A stretch of DNA of 64,000 bases from Malacoraja senta (Eukaryota): positions 14,448,001 to 14,512,000 of the forward strand of contig CM075988.1 of the NCBI GenBank assembly GCA_038087875.1, written 5' to 3'. The notes under the pieces are model-generated. The model ran no database searches. It was not told the origin of the DNA and saw nothing but the letters and a program-made list of their open reading frames with translations. Made by a program: the position numbers and the translations under genes. Of this stretch, positions 63,918 to 64,000 are shown one piece after another. Each line of letters starts with the position of its first letter. Within the stretch, counting starts at the first letter, position 1.

Positions 63918-64000
63918 TTGTATGTATTCAAGTGCGATGGGCATTGCTGGCGTTCAGAATTTATTGCCAATTCATAACTGCCATTGAACTGAACTACTGA

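Overview
Eukaryotic, repeat-dense non-coding DNA. The repeat inventory (HE1-type tRNA-derived SINEs, CR1/HER1-type LINEs, very abundant Penelope-derived short repeats) points to a cartilaginous fish, most likely a skate or ray; this is an inference. No host protein-coding gene could be supported; every ORF in the track with recognisable protein motifs is a transposable-element relic. Highlights: (1) a complete ~4.3-kb DIRS1-type tyrosine-recombinase retrotransposon (57141-61454, minus). Its ITRs, internal complementary region and 3-bp recombination core are nearly perfect, while its gag/RT/RNase H/methyltransferase/recombinase ORFs are destroyed, which suggests trans-mobilisation of a dead template. 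(2) Many Penelope-derived repeats carrying a minimal hammerhead-ribozyme core, several inserted as TSD-flanked palindromes, plus two GIY-YIG relics. (3) A recent local A...B-A-B rearrangement (32925-37802) with microhomology and a templated junction insertion. (4) Two GC-rich non-autonomous retroelements with different LINE tails that share a covarying RNA hairpin. (5) Several MITEs, RTE/RTE-X relics and nested insertions. Nothing here is demonstrably a new biological system; the best leads are flagged as findings. All alignments were done by eye and the boundaries of degenerate repeats are approximate.
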